64,000 nt of DNA from Candidatus Bathyarchaeota archaeon (GCA_963707955.1 OY970176.1:416001-480000); one strand, 5' to 3'; shown: positions 28,643 to 38,722, counted from the stretch's first letter. The notes: generated from the sequence alone by a model not told the origin. Program-made: numbers and translations.

Positions 28643-29469
28643 TGCAGTCTAGAAAAGCACATGAGAAACTCGGCAGAGAGAAGCTTCAACGCATCATTGA
28701 AACGTGCAGGTCCGTCGAAGAACGGTCGCTTGACCCGTTCTTGATAGACCTTAAGGAGAACATCAGTACGGTCAGAGAATACTTTCCAGAATGGAAGATT
28801 CCAGAAGACCTTTGCTTGGACGCTGAAACCATACATCACCTGGCCTCCGTGGTGAAACTTCAAAGCGAGTGGGTAAAACATCGGTCAACCTCACTCTACA
28901 CAGACCCCTTTGTCCTCGAAGAAAAACTCAGACGATTAGACAAGGAGGAAATCGTTAGAACCTTTATCAAAGCCTGGCATCCCATAGTTGAGTGGGAGCA
29001 GATCTCACTTCACAGCTTGGCCGAAGCCGTCAGGTACTGGAACAGTCTGGTGCCACTCAGAGAAAGGTGGAAGGAAGCCCCTCCGGCCGAAGTTGGCTCA
29101 GGCTCCGCAACGCGCGAAGAGCTGGTTCGCGAAAGGATTCTGCGGGACAAAGCCTTCTCTGAGGAACTCGAGAACTTCTGGCTTCAATTGAAGAACCTCG
29201 TCGCCCAGAAGGGTCAGAACGGAAAGATACGATACTGGGACTTCATCGGCGCAGAATCGTACGAGGAAACCGTGAACAAAGCTTTCATGACAAGCTTCCT
29301 CGTCACATATGGCTATGCCACCTTGGAAATTCACCCGTTGGAAGAAGAAATGTATATTGTACCCTACGAAAAAGCGTTGGTCAAGACGGGAAAAGAGCAG
29401 CTGGTGTCAATACCCATCTCAGTTTCAGCAACTGACTGGCAGAGGTGGAGGCGAGGAGAGCTGAAGTGA
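28642..29469 (+). CDS. Putative kleisin-like (ScpA/Nse4-like) partner
   Basis: Start overlaps the SMC stop; N-terminal LDPFLID helical region like ScpA DPWxID; C-terminal KAFMTSFLVTYGYATL winged-helix-like. Confidence 0.6.
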   Translation: MQSRKAHEKLGREKLQRIIETCRSVEERSLDPFLIDLKENISTVREYFPEWKIPEDLCLDAETIHHLASVVKLQSEWVKHRSTSLYTDPFVLEEKLRRLDKEEIVRTFIKAWHPIVEWEQISLHSLAEAVRYWNSLVPLRERWKEAPPAEVGSGSATREELVRERILRDKAFSEELENFWLQLKNLVAQKGQNGKIRYWDFIGAESYEETVNKAFMTSFLVTYGYATLEIHPLEEEMYIVPYEKALVKTGKEQLVSIPISVSATDWQRWRRGELK

Positions 29470-30032
29470 GCAAGAGAAAAGCAACGTACGCCAGCAAACT
29501 GAAAAGAGCAACTCACATGCTCTTCTTCAAACGACACGCAAAACCTGGTGTTAAAGGCTGGGAACTCCGTAAGGCTTTGGGCGCTGATTATCCAAAAGTG
29601 TTGAAGATTATGGATGACTACCTGAAGGGCCTTGACCTCGAAGTCAAAACCGTGTTCGAAGAAGGAAAGCAAGTTGAAAAACCGAGTGTCGAACAGCTTG
29701 ACAAGGCCAGATTCTACGTAGCGCTGCGAGGGGAATTGGTGCCTAAAGAAGCAAAGATGATAGGGTGGCGGATAGACGACTTTGCAGGACTGGCAGTCGC
29801 CATTTCCTACGTCTTATCCAAGAAGGGAAAGGCTCCGAGAGAAGAGGTTGAGCAACTGTTGCGAGAAAAGATCCCAGGATGGAAAGTGGGCCTTAACGTT
29901 GACAGGTACATCAGGTATGGTTACCTGACTGAAGACGAAAACGGACAGCTTTACTTGGATTGGAGAACTCGCGCAGAAGTCGACCAAAAAGCTTTGATTG
30001 ACCTTCTTCTGGGAGTGGAGACAAAAACCTAG
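29466..30032 (+). CDS. Putative KITE (Nse1/Nse3-MAGE-like tandem winged helix)
   Basis: GTGA overlap with the previous gene; YIRYGYL..ENGQLYLDWRTRAEV resembles the KITE WH-B GPRxxxE element. Confidence 0.6.
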   Translation: MSKRKATYASKLKRATHMLFFKRHAKPGVKGWELRKALGADYPKVLKIMDDYLKGLDLEVKTVFEEGKQVEKPSVEQLDKARFYVALRGELVPKEAKMIGWRIDDFAGLAVAISYVLSKKGKAPREEVEQLLREKIPGWKVGLNVDRYIRYGYLTEDENGQLYLDWRTRAEVDQKALIDLLLGVETKT

Positions 30033-30050
30033 GAGCTTTATGCACTTGGT

Positions 30051-30230
30051 CTATTTTCTCATCTTGTGGTAGATGAAGGCTATTGCATCGATTACGACCA
30101 GAGCTGCCAGCGCTAACAGCGGACTGCCCAAGAACTGGGATGCGAACGACTCATCTGCGGCTCTGACTGTGCCGATGAGAGCAGAAAGAAGTATTAATGC
30201 GCAAGCGCATGCTTTTACTAGTCGCGCCAT
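30051..30230 (-). CDS. Small membrane protein (59 aa, not in ORF track)
   Basis: MARLVKACACALILLSALIGTVRA-ADESFASQFLGSPLLALAALVVIDAIAFIYHKMRK*: signal-like helix, TM, basic tail; follows nusA. Confidence 0.6.
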   Translation of the reverse strand: MARLVKACACALILLSALIGTVRAADESFASQFLGSPLLALAALVVIDAIAFIYHKMRK

Positions 30231-30249
30231 ACTCTCCGCTTCTCTTAGG

Positions 30250-30687
30250 CTAAGTTATGCTGACGTTCTGTATGTCGAAGTACCGTTTTGCCAAGAACCG
30301 TAACCTTTCAGCGTTTCTGCCGTTCTTTCCTATGGCGACGCCTTTGTCCTTCGGGTTGACAGCGACAACGGCTATCGTCTTGCCGTCTGGTCTTTCGGTT
30401 ATGCGGATCTCTGTGACGGCTGCTGGTTTCAAAGCGTTCTTGATGAATTGGGCGGGTTCTTCTGCGTACTCGATTATCTCGTGTTTCTTCCCAGTCATTC
30501 TTTCTAAAGTGTGGATGTTTCTTCCGCCTCTGCCTATCGCGACGCCCACCTGGCCCTCGTTGACGACGTAGAGCACGCGGGCTTGCTCTTCGTCGATTAT
30601 GCAGTCTTTGACGCTGGCATTGGTTATGCTTTCAAACAGTGCGATGTACCGCATCTCGTTGCTCGTGAACTTTATCCCTGTTGTCAT
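30250..30687 (-). CDS. nusA: Archaeal NusA-like KH-domain protein
   Basis: Two KH motifs AIGRGGRNI / AIGKNGRN; synteny with rpl30e. Confidence 0.93.
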   Translation of the reverse strand: MTTGIKFTSNEMRYIALFESITNASVKDCIIDEEQARVLYVVNEGQVGVAIGRGGRNIHTLERMTGKKHEIIEYAEEPAQFIKNALKPAAVTEIRITERPDGKTIAVVAVNPKDKGVAIGKNGRNAERLRFLAKRYFDIQNVSIT

Positions 30688-31019
30688 TCGTTTCCTCCGC
30701 CGGACTCCTCAGGCTCAGCGGTCTCTGTCAACTTGAGGATTTCTGAATCGCCTGGCTCTCTTATACTTAACGCTGAAACCGTGAAGGGTTTGCCGCATGC
30801 AGCGGCCAGATCCATCGATGATCCTTTATAGAGGATTAATGGAACCTTTGAGAGGTTGCAGTAGTATTCAACGTCCTGGCGGACGTTCTTGGGAGCGTTT
30901 GACGCAAGAAGTATTAGCTTGGCTTTTCCTGTTTGAGCGCTTTGCACTGCGGAGCGTGCTCCAATCGACACTTTGCCAGTTTTCACCGCCGCTGAAATTG
31001 CTTTGTTTACGTCTATCAC
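30684..31019 (-). CDS. rpl30e: 50S ribosomal protein L30e
   Basis: AVKTGKVSIG, LAAACGKPF, PGDSEIL. Confidence 0.95.
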   Translation of the reverse strand: MIDVNKAISAAVKTGKVSIGARSAVQSAQTGKAKLILLASNAPKNVRQDVEYYCNLSKVPLILYKGSSMDLAAACGKPFTVSALSIREPGDSEILKLTETAEPEESGGGNE

Positions 31020-34000
31020 TTCTTCTCACTCTTCTTCTCGAGCGTTGACATGAACAATTCTACAAGTCCCGTGCCGATTGGTATGGACTGTCCGACTATT
31101 ACGTTTTCGGTCACTCCTGCCAACGGGTCGCTTTCCCCCTTAACTGCCGCCTCAACGATGTTCGGGACGGTTATCTCAAAGGCTGCCCTGGCCAGAACGC
31201 TTGACTTCTTGCCGCTGATGCCATGCCTGCCTATCTGCTGCACTTCACCCGTAGAGGTCATCATGTCTGCGACGAGCATGACGTGACGCGTGTCCACATC
31301 CAACCCTTGTTCTTCCAGGACGCCCTTAGCCTCGTTCACCAAGGCGTTTCTAGCAGCCTCAATGCCTATCGTTTTAGCTATTTCATGAACGTTGTTCGTT
31401 GTTGTCCTTGAACTGTCAACGCCTGGGATCTCTAGGACCTTGGGCAGGTTTGAACCGTCTGTGTTTATGACCCATTCTCCATGCTCTTCGGTGACGAGCA
31501 CACGCTTTATGCCGGGGACACCTTTGATGTGGAACACAGAGACTTTTCCAAGCATTTTCCTTATCGCTTCGACTTTTTTCGGCTGTATGTGTATGGTGTT
31601 GCCCTTCGTTTTTATAGTACAGTTCGGAATTTGCAGTTTGTCCTTCAACTCCTGCATCGTCACTTCCCGGTCTTCCATCATCGTCTTGTCGGGTTCTATG
31701 ATTATCTCGTCGTGCAATGTGTCTATGTAGACTGCTTCGGCAAGGTTCTCCATGGTTGTGTACACGATTTCGCGTGCGAGTTTGACTGCGGCTTCCCTGT
31801 TTTTTCTGTTCTCTTCTGTCAGGTAAATCTTCATGATCGGAGTGGACGGGATTCTCCTCGCATCCACGATCTCGATCAGTCGAGGCAGGCCGAGGGTCAC
31901 GTTTTGTTCCCTGACGCCTGCGTAGTGGAAGGTTCTGAGCGTCATCTGTGTGCCAGGTTCGCCGATGGATTGAGCCGCAACGATGCCTACTGCCTCGCCG
32001 GGTTCCATCAGGGCACGTTTGTAGTGTTCAACGGTCATGTTAACCGCTTTCTCAACGCCCGTCTTGCTCAGCCCTGCCTTGGCCGACGTTTGCTTGAGCT
32101 GGTCTACGAGGATCGGCGTGAGTCGCCCTTGAACCTCATCTAGTTTCTCTTTGATGAAGTCGGCGGACGCTGGTTTGCCCTTCTCCTTAGCAATTCTTAT
32201 CTGGTCAACCAACCGGCTAACGTTCACTGCCTTTCCATGGTCGCTCTTGGCCGGGTCAACACCGTCTTCGCCGTACTGGAACTGGATTATGTCTCCGGCC
32301 GAGTTTCTCACCGTGCTGTCGTACTCCAACCGTATGTGCTCAAGCGCGTTGATGAGTCTTCTCTGCATGTAGCCGCTCTGCTGTGTTCTGACGGCTGTGT
32401 CGACGAGGCCTTCTCGGCCGCCCATGGCGTGGAAGAAGAACTCTATCACGTCGAGCCCTTTCTGATACGAGTTGTACACGAACCCTCTGGCTCTTGGCCG
32501 TTGGTCTCCCGATTGGAAGTGGGGTAGAGCTCGGTCTACGTACCCACGGAGTATTCTCTTCCCACGGACTGATTGTTGTCCCACGCAGGCGCTTATCTGG
32601 CCGATGTTCAGGCTTGAGCCTCTGGCGCCGGTTCGCGTCATGATTATTCCAGAGTTCTCCAGAGTGAAGTCTTCGTCAGCTATCTTGCCTGATTCGTCTC
32701 TTGCCTTTGCCAGCTCGTTCATGACATATATCTCAAATGAATCTTCCAACGTTTGGCCTGGAAGCCTGGGCAACGTGCCCTTACGATAGCTTTCAATGAG
32801 TTCCTCTATCTTCTTCTCGATTCTTTGCATGGTTTTTTCTATTCTGTCTTCAGCCTTGGGAGACAAGACCAGCTCGTTGTACGAGTAGGTGAAGCCTCGC
32901 ATGGTTATGTAGAGCTTCAGCATCCTTGTGATCTTGTTGAGGAACTCCCGTCCCGCCTGAGTGCCATAATCCTTGATTATCCTGTGAAGAAGGCTTTCAG
33001 ACTGTTCGGCACCTATGGAACGTCTGTCAATCACGCCGCTTACAAGCTCGCCGTTCTTCACAACAACGTAGGCGTCATATTTGCATTCTTCTTCTAGACA
33101 TTTAACGCATCCTTGACAGATGTTGGCCTTCAAAACGTAGTTCATGTCCTTCGGTAAGAACAGGCTGAAGATCTGCTTTCCCGTCCACAATGGTTGCGGC
33201 TGTTTGACCTCTGGCGGAGGCAGTTGGCCCTCGTATTTGGCTGCCAAGAGCAGCTTGTTGACTTCGTTTCTTGTCAAGTAGTTTGCTTTTCTCGTGAACA
33301 GGTATGCTGAGGTTATGAAGTCTCTGATGGCCCCTATTATTGGACCTCCGAACCGTGGCGAAAGGATCTGGTCTTGGACCTGCATAAGCAGCAGGGCTTC
33401 CGTTCGAGCCTCTTCGCTCTGAGGAATGTGAAGGTTCATCTCGTCGCCGTCGAAGTCTGCGTTATACGGTGGACAAACGCACAGGTGCAGGCGGAACGTC
33501 TTGTACGGCAGAACGCGGACGTAGTGTGCCATAATCGACATGCGGTGAAGTGAGGGTTGACGGTTGAAGATGGCTATGTCCCCGTTCTTCAAGTGCCTCT
33601 CCACGATGAAACCCAGTTCGATGGCTTCAGCGATCTTTTCTCTGTCAACGACGAATTCGAGTCTTATGCGTTTGCCATCGGGCCTGATGATGTAAAGGGC
33701 TCCGGGGTACTCTTCAGGTCCATTTTTCACGAGGGTTCGCATCTCTTTGATGTTCCATTCTGTGATTTTTTCGGGTACTGAGAGGCGCATCGCAATTTCA
33801 AGCGGAACGCCTACCTCGTTTATGTCGATGTTCGGGTCAGGCGAAACAACGGTGCGTGCTGAGAAGTCTACCCTTTTTCCAGAAAGGTTGCTTCGGAACC
33901 TTCCCTCCTTTCCCTTCAATCTTTGTGAGAGTGTCTTGAGTGCTCTGCCGGAGCGGTGTCGAGCCGGGGGAATTCCTGAGGCCTCGTTGTTGAAGTAGGT

Positions 34001-34834
34001 CGTCACATGGTACTGAAGGAGTTCTGACAGGTCTTGAATTATGAGTGTGGGCGCCCCTGCGTCCATGTTTTCTTTGAGCCTCTGGTTAATTCGAATTATG
34101 TCCACTAGCTTGTGAGTCAAATCGTCCTCTGAACGAATGCCCGATTCCAAAGTTATTGATGGGCGAACATAGACGGGTGGTACAGGAAGAACCTGCAGAA
34201 CCATCCATTCGGGGCGAGCCGCTTTCGGGTTGAACCCCAACAGTTCAAGGTCCTCGTTAGTGATGCGTTCCAGTCTTTCTCGGACCATGCTGGGCGTCAA
34301 CGGTTCTGAGCCGCTTTCAGGGATCTGTTCGCTGAACTTTGTTGGCTTCTCAAAAGTCATCTTGTACTGCACGGCGGCACATTGAGGACACTGCCTTCTC
34401 TTCGTTTCCTGCATGATCGCCTTATAAACTTCGTCTGGAACCAGACCCAAGAGTTGGCGCGTCTTCTCCACTCTTGCCTTCGCCCTCTCAATTACGTCGT
34501 CTGGAAGCATTATCCGTCCACAGTTTCGACACGTCGCCCTCAAGAGGTCGTATATGATCTTCGTGAACTCAATGTGTATTATAGGAACTGCTAGTTCGAT
34601 GTGACCAAAATGCCCTGGACAGCGAATTGCCGTGTTGCCGCAGGTCTTGCACCTTTGTCTTGGTTCAAGGGTTCCAAGCCTCCCGTCCATCAGACCCGAA
34701 GAGATTGGAGCTCCATCTTCATCGTAAGTGTCTGGTGTCTGAATTTCCACCACTGAAAGCTTGCGCACGTCCTGCGGCGAGAACATGCCGAAGTTTATTT
34801 CATTCACAACTTTGCGGACAATTTCCTCGCTCAT
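31016..34834 (-). CDS. rpoA: RNA polymerase largest subunit, fused A'+A''
   Basis: CPGHFGHIEL, NADFDGDEMN, then A'' motifs QSIGEPGTQMTL and AAFEIT in the same 1272-aa ORF. Confidence 0.97.
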   Translation of the reverse strand: MSEEIVRKVVNEINFGMFSPQDVRKLSVVEIQTPDTYDEDGAPISSGLMDGRLGTLEPRQRCKTCGNTAIRCPGHFGHIELAVPIIHIEFTKIIYDLLRATCRNCGRIMLPDDVIERAKARVEKTRQLLGLVPDEVYKAIMQETKRRQCPQCAAVQYKMTFEKPTKFSEQIPESGSEPLTPSMVRERLERITNEDLELLGFNPKAARPEWMVLQVLPVPPVYVRPSITLESGIRSEDDLTHKLVDIIRINQRLKENMDAGAPTLIIQDLSELLQYHVTTYFNNEASGIPPARHRSGRALKTLSQRLKGKEGRFRSNLSGKRVDFSARTVVSPDPNIDINEVGVPLEIAMRLSVPEKITEWNIKEMRTLVKNGPEEYPGALYIIRPDGKRIRLEFVVDREKIAEAIELGFIVERHLKNGDIAIFNRQPSLHRMSIMAHYVRVLPYKTFRLHLCVCPPYNADFDGDEMNLHIPQSEEARTEALLLMQVQDQILSPRFGGPIIGAIRDFITSAYLFTRKANYLTRNEVNKLLLAAKYEGQLPPPEVKQPQPLWTGKQIFSLFLPKDMNYVLKANICQGCVKCLEEECKYDAYVVVKNGELVSGVIDRRSIGAEQSESLLHRIIKDYGTQAGREFLNKITRMLKLYITMRGFTYSYNELVLSPKAEDRIEKTMQRIEKKIEELIESYRKGTLPRLPGQTLEDSFEIYVMNELAKARDESGKIADEDFTLENSGIIMTRTGARGSSLNIGQISACVGQQSVRGKRILRGYVDRALPHFQSGDQRPRARGFVYNSYQKGLDVIEFFFHAMGGREGLVDTAVRTQQSGYMQRRLINALEHIRLEYDSTVRNSAGDIIQFQYGEDGVDPAKSDHGKAVNVSRLVDQIRIAKEKGKPASADFIKEKLDEVQGRLTPILVDQLKQTSAKAGLSKTGVEKAVNMTVEHYKRALMEPGEAVGIVAAQSIGEPGTQMTLRTFHYAGVREQNVTLGLPRLIEIVDARRIPSTPIMKIYLTEENRKNREAAVKLAREIVYTTMENLAEAVYIDTLHDEIIIEPDKTMMEDREVTMQELKDKLQIPNCTIKTKGNTIHIQPKKVEAIRKMLGKVSVFHIKGVPGIKRVLVTEEHGEWVINTDGSNLPKVLEIPGVDSSRTTTNNVHEIAKTIGIEAARNALVNEAKGVLEEQGLDVDTRHVMLVADMMTSTGEVQQIGRHGISGKKSSVLARAAFEITVPNIVEAAVKGESDPLAGVTENVIVGQSIPIGTGLVELFMSTLEKKSEKK

Positions 34835-34835
34835 C

Positions 34836-37800
34836 TTATGCCCTCTCCTTAAGCGTTAATCTTGGCGAGACGCACAGGCTCATCAGTTCTTGCAGCAGAA
34901 GCTTGAACGCATAGGAAACTATAACTGGAGAGATTCTGGCCTTGTCCTCGCAGAGCTTGCAAACGTATTTTCTTTGCTTCATGTCATAGTAGGCTATGTG
35001 TCCACACGTTTCGCAGATGTAGAGCGTGTACTTGTCAGATTCTTCAAGCAGTCTGTCTCTTAGGAGCATAGCGGCGCCATGGCCAATCAGGCAGTCGCGC
35101 TCCATTTCGCCGAACCTGAGGCCGCCTCCTCTGGCTCTTCCCTCAGTCGGCTGCCTCGTCAGCATCTGAACCTGTCCACGGGCTCTGGCATGAATCTTGT
35201 CCGCAACCATGTGATGCAGCTTCTGGTAGTGCACAACGCCGACGTAGATGTCCGCGACGAATTTCTGACCTGTCACACCGCTGTAGAAGACTTCACTGCC
35301 GGTGCTGCTGAAACCCAGCTTGACCAGGGCAGACCTCAGCTCGTTGGGCCCTTCATTTGAGAAGGGCGTTCCATCAGCGGGCCGCCCGCGTGCAGAGGCA
35401 ACCTTTCCAGCTATTGATTCGATGAACTGGCCGACGGTCATCCTTGAGGGGATAGCATGCGGGTTGATTATCAAGTCTGGAACGATGCCATCTTCCGTGA
35501 AAGGCATATCTTCCTGAGGAACGATCAGGCCGATGACACCTTTTTGCCCGTGACGCGAAGCAAATTTGTCGCCTAGTTCTGGAACGCGTTGGTCGCGGAC
35601 TCTAACTTTCACAAGCTTGCTTCCTTCTCCCGACGCTGTGATGAAGATGGCGTCGACGACGCCTGTTTCTGATGGGCGCATATCCACTGAGGTGTCACGC
35701 ATCGAAGGTCCCTTGACTTCAAATTCCTTGTATTCTTCAAGGAACCTTGGCGGACTGATTCTGCCGATGAGGACGTCTCCGCCTGCAACGGCAGACTCCA
35801 GGCCTATTATTCCGTCTGGTTCAAGCAGCCTGTAGTACTGTTCGCCTCTGTATCCGCGTGTTCCTGCTTCGGGTAAGGTGAATTTGTCTTTCAGTCCTCC
35901 CAAGTACTGGCGACACTCAGCCTCGTAGATTCGGAAGAAGGTCGAGCGTCCCAAGCCTCTTTCTATCGAAGCCTTGTTGAAAACAAGGGCGTCTTCCATG
36001 TTGTAACCCTCAAAAGACAGCACCGCGACCACGTAGTTTTGACCTGATGGGCGCAGCTTATAGCCTATCGTATCCATGAGTGCTGTTTCAGCAAGCGGAG
36101 CCTGTGGGTAGTGTAAGATGTGTGATCTTGAGTCTACGCGTTGCTGGAAGTTTGTCGAGTAGATTCCTAGAGCTTGTTTGGCCATTGCGGCCTGATACGA
36201 GTTGCGGGGTGACTGGTTGTGCTCTGCGTAAGGAATAGTTGACGCGCAGATTCCTAGAATAGTGTACGTAGCAATTTCTAAGTGTGTGTGGTCGCTACTT
36301 AATTCTTCGGGGCTCAAGGCGACATAAGCGTTCTCCTCTTCTTCAGCGTCCAAGTATTCAACGATTCCGTTCTTTACGAGTTCTTCCCAGGACCAAACTC
36401 CAGTGGCGATCTTCTCAATCTGGTCAGGCTGAAGCTTCTGCAAACCGTTTTCAACGATTATAAGAGGGCGTCTGACTCTGCCCTCGTCGCAGTTGACGTA
36501 AACTTCTTCCCTCTCGCCCTGCGCCTTCGAGAAGTAGGCTATGTTGACTTCGGTGGAAACTTCGCCTCTTCTCCTTCTCTCCCTGAAGTCTCGGGCCAGC
36601 CGATCTGGAGAGTTGCAGTATCCTATTGTGTTGCCGTCTACGAAAACCTTTGCCCCAGAAAGCTTCAACGTGTCGTTGGCCTCAAGAATTGGAGTCACGC
36701 CGCTGGCGAACAAGAGCTGCTTCATCTTTTCTGGGTTCACGCCCACAGAGATGCAGGCAGACAGCGCCAAGTTCTTCACCAGTCCGCAGTTTGAGCCCTC
36801 TGGTGTTTCGTTTGGGCAAAGGCGGCCCCAGTGGGTTGCGTGTAAGTCCCTTGCCTCAAAGTTGGGTTGGCTTCTGCTAAGAGGCGATTGGAGTCGTCGC
36901 AGGTGACTCAGTGTTGATATGTGGTTTGTTCTGTCAAGAAGCTGGGTTATACCGACTCTGCCTCTTCCCCAGTTTCCGGTTGCGAGCGCATGTTGAAACC
37001 TTTCAGATATTATCCCCGGCCTCACGGCTGCTGAAACGGTTATTATCGGCCCCTTCACACCAATTCTTTCAAGTTGATATTTTATGTCGCGGGTGAGATT
37101 TCTAAACGCCACTCTGAAAAGGTCTGCAAGCAGAGGACCTGCCAGTCTCAACCGCTTGTTCTTGAAGTGGTCTTTGTCATCTTGCTTCCTCCTCTCAAGC
37201 TGCAGTTCTATTGCCCTACAGGCCATCTCGCCCAAGAACAGGGCCTTGTCCTTCCTCTTCTGTTCCGTTCTGCCTATGTGTGGAAGGAAGTTCTTGTCCA
37301 CTGCAGTTTCGGCTTTCTGCACGCGGTACTCTTCTACCTGTCCATGAGCAACACGGTTGCCAATGAACAGGATGGCGTCTTTTGCTGTGTCGACTCCGAG
37401 GGCTTTTTCGAAGGACGGCTCAAGTGGGGACTGGATTTCTTTGTCGAGAGAAATTGCCTCGGCAATTTCCTTGTCGGATTCAAGTCCCAAGGCACGCATC
37501 AGGACGACAAAAGGAACTTCGGAAGGAACGCCTGGCATTGAAACGTACAATGCACCGTCAGACTTGATCTTCAACTCGATTCTTGCCCTGAACCCCACAG
37601 TTGTTGAAAATATCTTTGACTGGTACACCGGAGTTGCTCCTTTCTCGTCAACGTCGACTATTATGCGGTTAGGAGCCAAGTCTTCCATGGCCACTACGAC
37701 GCGTTCTGAGCCGTTGACAACGAAGTAGCTGCCCGGGTCATCAGGGTCTTCTCCACATGCAATCAGTTCCTCTCTTGAGAGTTGTGAGAGGAAACACAGC

Positions 37801-38207
37801 TTTGACTTTAGCATTACAGGGATGTTTCCGATGTAGACAAGCTCCGTGTCCTGTTCTCTGCCGTCAATGACAGGCGTCATTTCGAGGGCTACCGGCGCCG
37901 CGTAGGTTAGGTTTCGAAGTCTAGCCTCCAAGGGGTAGATTTCGTGTTTTGTACCATCGACTTCAGTCACATACGGCCCAGTTATTCTGGTCTGCGGGTC
38001 TATTATCCAGATCTGACCCAGCTTGACCTTGTAGGGGCTTTCAGGCACCTCTATGGGGATTTCGCCTACTTCGTCTATGACTTCCTGCAATCCGCGGTCG
38101 ATGAACTCGTTGAAAGAGTCCAGATGCTGTCGAACCAACCCCTTGTCTTTAAAAAAGGCGTTCAACAGCAGATGCGTGTCTTCTTTTGATATCTCAGTCA
38201 ATTTCAA
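34836..38207 (-). CDS. rpoB: RNA polymerase subunit B (unsplit)
   Basis: ETPEG, GDKFASRHGQKG, GGLRFGEMERD, C-terminal Zn ribbon. Confidence 0.97.
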   Translation of the reverse strand: MKLTEISKEDTHLLLNAFFKDKGLVRQHLDSFNEFIDRGLQEVIDEVGEIPIEVPESPYKVKLGQIWIIDPQTRITGPYVTEVDGTKHEIYPLEARLRNLTYAAPVALEMTPVIDGREQDTELVYIGNIPVMLKSKLCFLSQLSREELIACGEDPDDPGSYFVVNGSERVVVAMEDLAPNRIIVDVDEKGATPVYQSKIFSTTVGFRARIELKIKSDGALYVSMPGVPSEVPFVVLMRALGLESDKEIAEAISLDKEIQSPLEPSFEKALGVDTAKDAILFIGNRVAHGQVEEYRVQKAETAVDKNFLPHIGRTEQKRKDKALFLGEMACRAIELQLERRKQDDKDHFKNKRLRLAGPLLADLFRVAFRNLTRDIKYQLERIGVKGPIITVSAAVRPGIISERFQHALATGNWGRGRVGITQLLDRTNHISTLSHLRRLQSPLSRSQPNFEARDLHATHWGRLCPNETPEGSNCGLVKNLALSACISVGVNPEKMKQLLFASGVTPILEANDTLKLSGAKVFVDGNTIGYCNSPDRLARDFRERRRRGEVSTEVNIAYFSKAQGEREEVYVNCDEGRVRRPLIIVENGLQKLQPDQIEKIATGVWSWEELVKNGIVEYLDAEEEENAYVALSPEELSSDHTHLEIATYTILGICASTIPYAEHNQSPRNSYQAAMAKQALGIYSTNFQQRVDSRSHILHYPQAPLAETALMDTIGYKLRPSGQNYVVAVLSFEGYNMEDALVFNKASIERGLGRSTFFRIYEAECRQYLGGLKDKFTLPEAGTRGYRGEQYYRLLEPDGIIGLESAVAGGDVLIGRISPPRFLEEYKEFEVKGPSMRDTSVDMRPSETGVVDAIFITASGEGSKLVKVRVRDQRVPELGDKFASRHGQKGVIGLIVPQEDMPFTEDGIVPDLIINPHAIPSRMTVGQFIESIAGKVASARGRPADGTPFSNEGPNELRSALVKLGFSSTGSEVFYSGVTGQKFVADIYVGVVHYQKLHHMVADKIHARARGQVQMLTRQPTEGRARGGGLRFGEMERDCLIGHGAAMLLRDRLLEESDKYTLYICETCGHIAYYDMKQRKYVCKLCEDKARISPVIVSYAFKLLLQELMSLCVSPRLTLKERA

Positions 38208-38613
38208 CCATCCCCCGCGACCTTAGGTTTAACCTTGTGCTAGCGAAACTTCTTGGTGCGGGTTTCCTCAAATTTTGAATTTCCTCCGTTTGTTGGGTCA
38301 TTCCAACTCGAAAAATGGTCACCAATGTTAAAGATCTAGAAAACGTAAACTGCACAGCTTTCTAATAAACTTTTTCATGTTCAAAATTCTTTTCGCTCGC
38401 GTTGGATTGTTCAAGGCGATCTCTGAGTACTCGAAGTCCATCGAGCGGCCGACTGGAAAAGAGGGATTAAGCGGAAACTCATGGAAACTGTCCCTGGTTC
38501 ATCCTTGAAAAAGACGTTGGACTACCGAGCTGCCAGTCCGAACACGTGGACCGCACGTTGGCAGAGGCTCGGGAAATAATTAATAAGAAAGTAACCGTAG
38601 TTCTGGAAGAGGT

Positions 38614-38722
38614 GCAGGGGTAGCAGAGCATGGCCAACCCCGCGTAAGTAGGGGCTTTATGCGCGGGACTCAAGATCCCGTCCCGAAGGGGTACGTGAGT
38701 TCAAATCTCACCCCCTGCACCA
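38614..38722 (+). tRNA. tRNA-Leu(CAA) with 21-nt D-loop intron (38638-38658), encoded CCA
   Basis: GCAGGGG/CCCCTGC acceptor, CGGGA CT CAA GA TCCCG, long variable arm; removing the insert restores D arm GCAGAGCATGGCCAA^ATGC. Confidence 0.9.

Noticed and set aside
26678-30032. Wadjet (JetABCD) defence system call
   Set aside because: No JetD/Toprim nuclease is adjacent, the gene order differs, the ATPase is far shorter, and the context is core chromosome.
31050-38189. Numerous plus-strand ORFs opposite rpoA/rpoB
   Set aside because: Antisense shadows of highly conserved genes.
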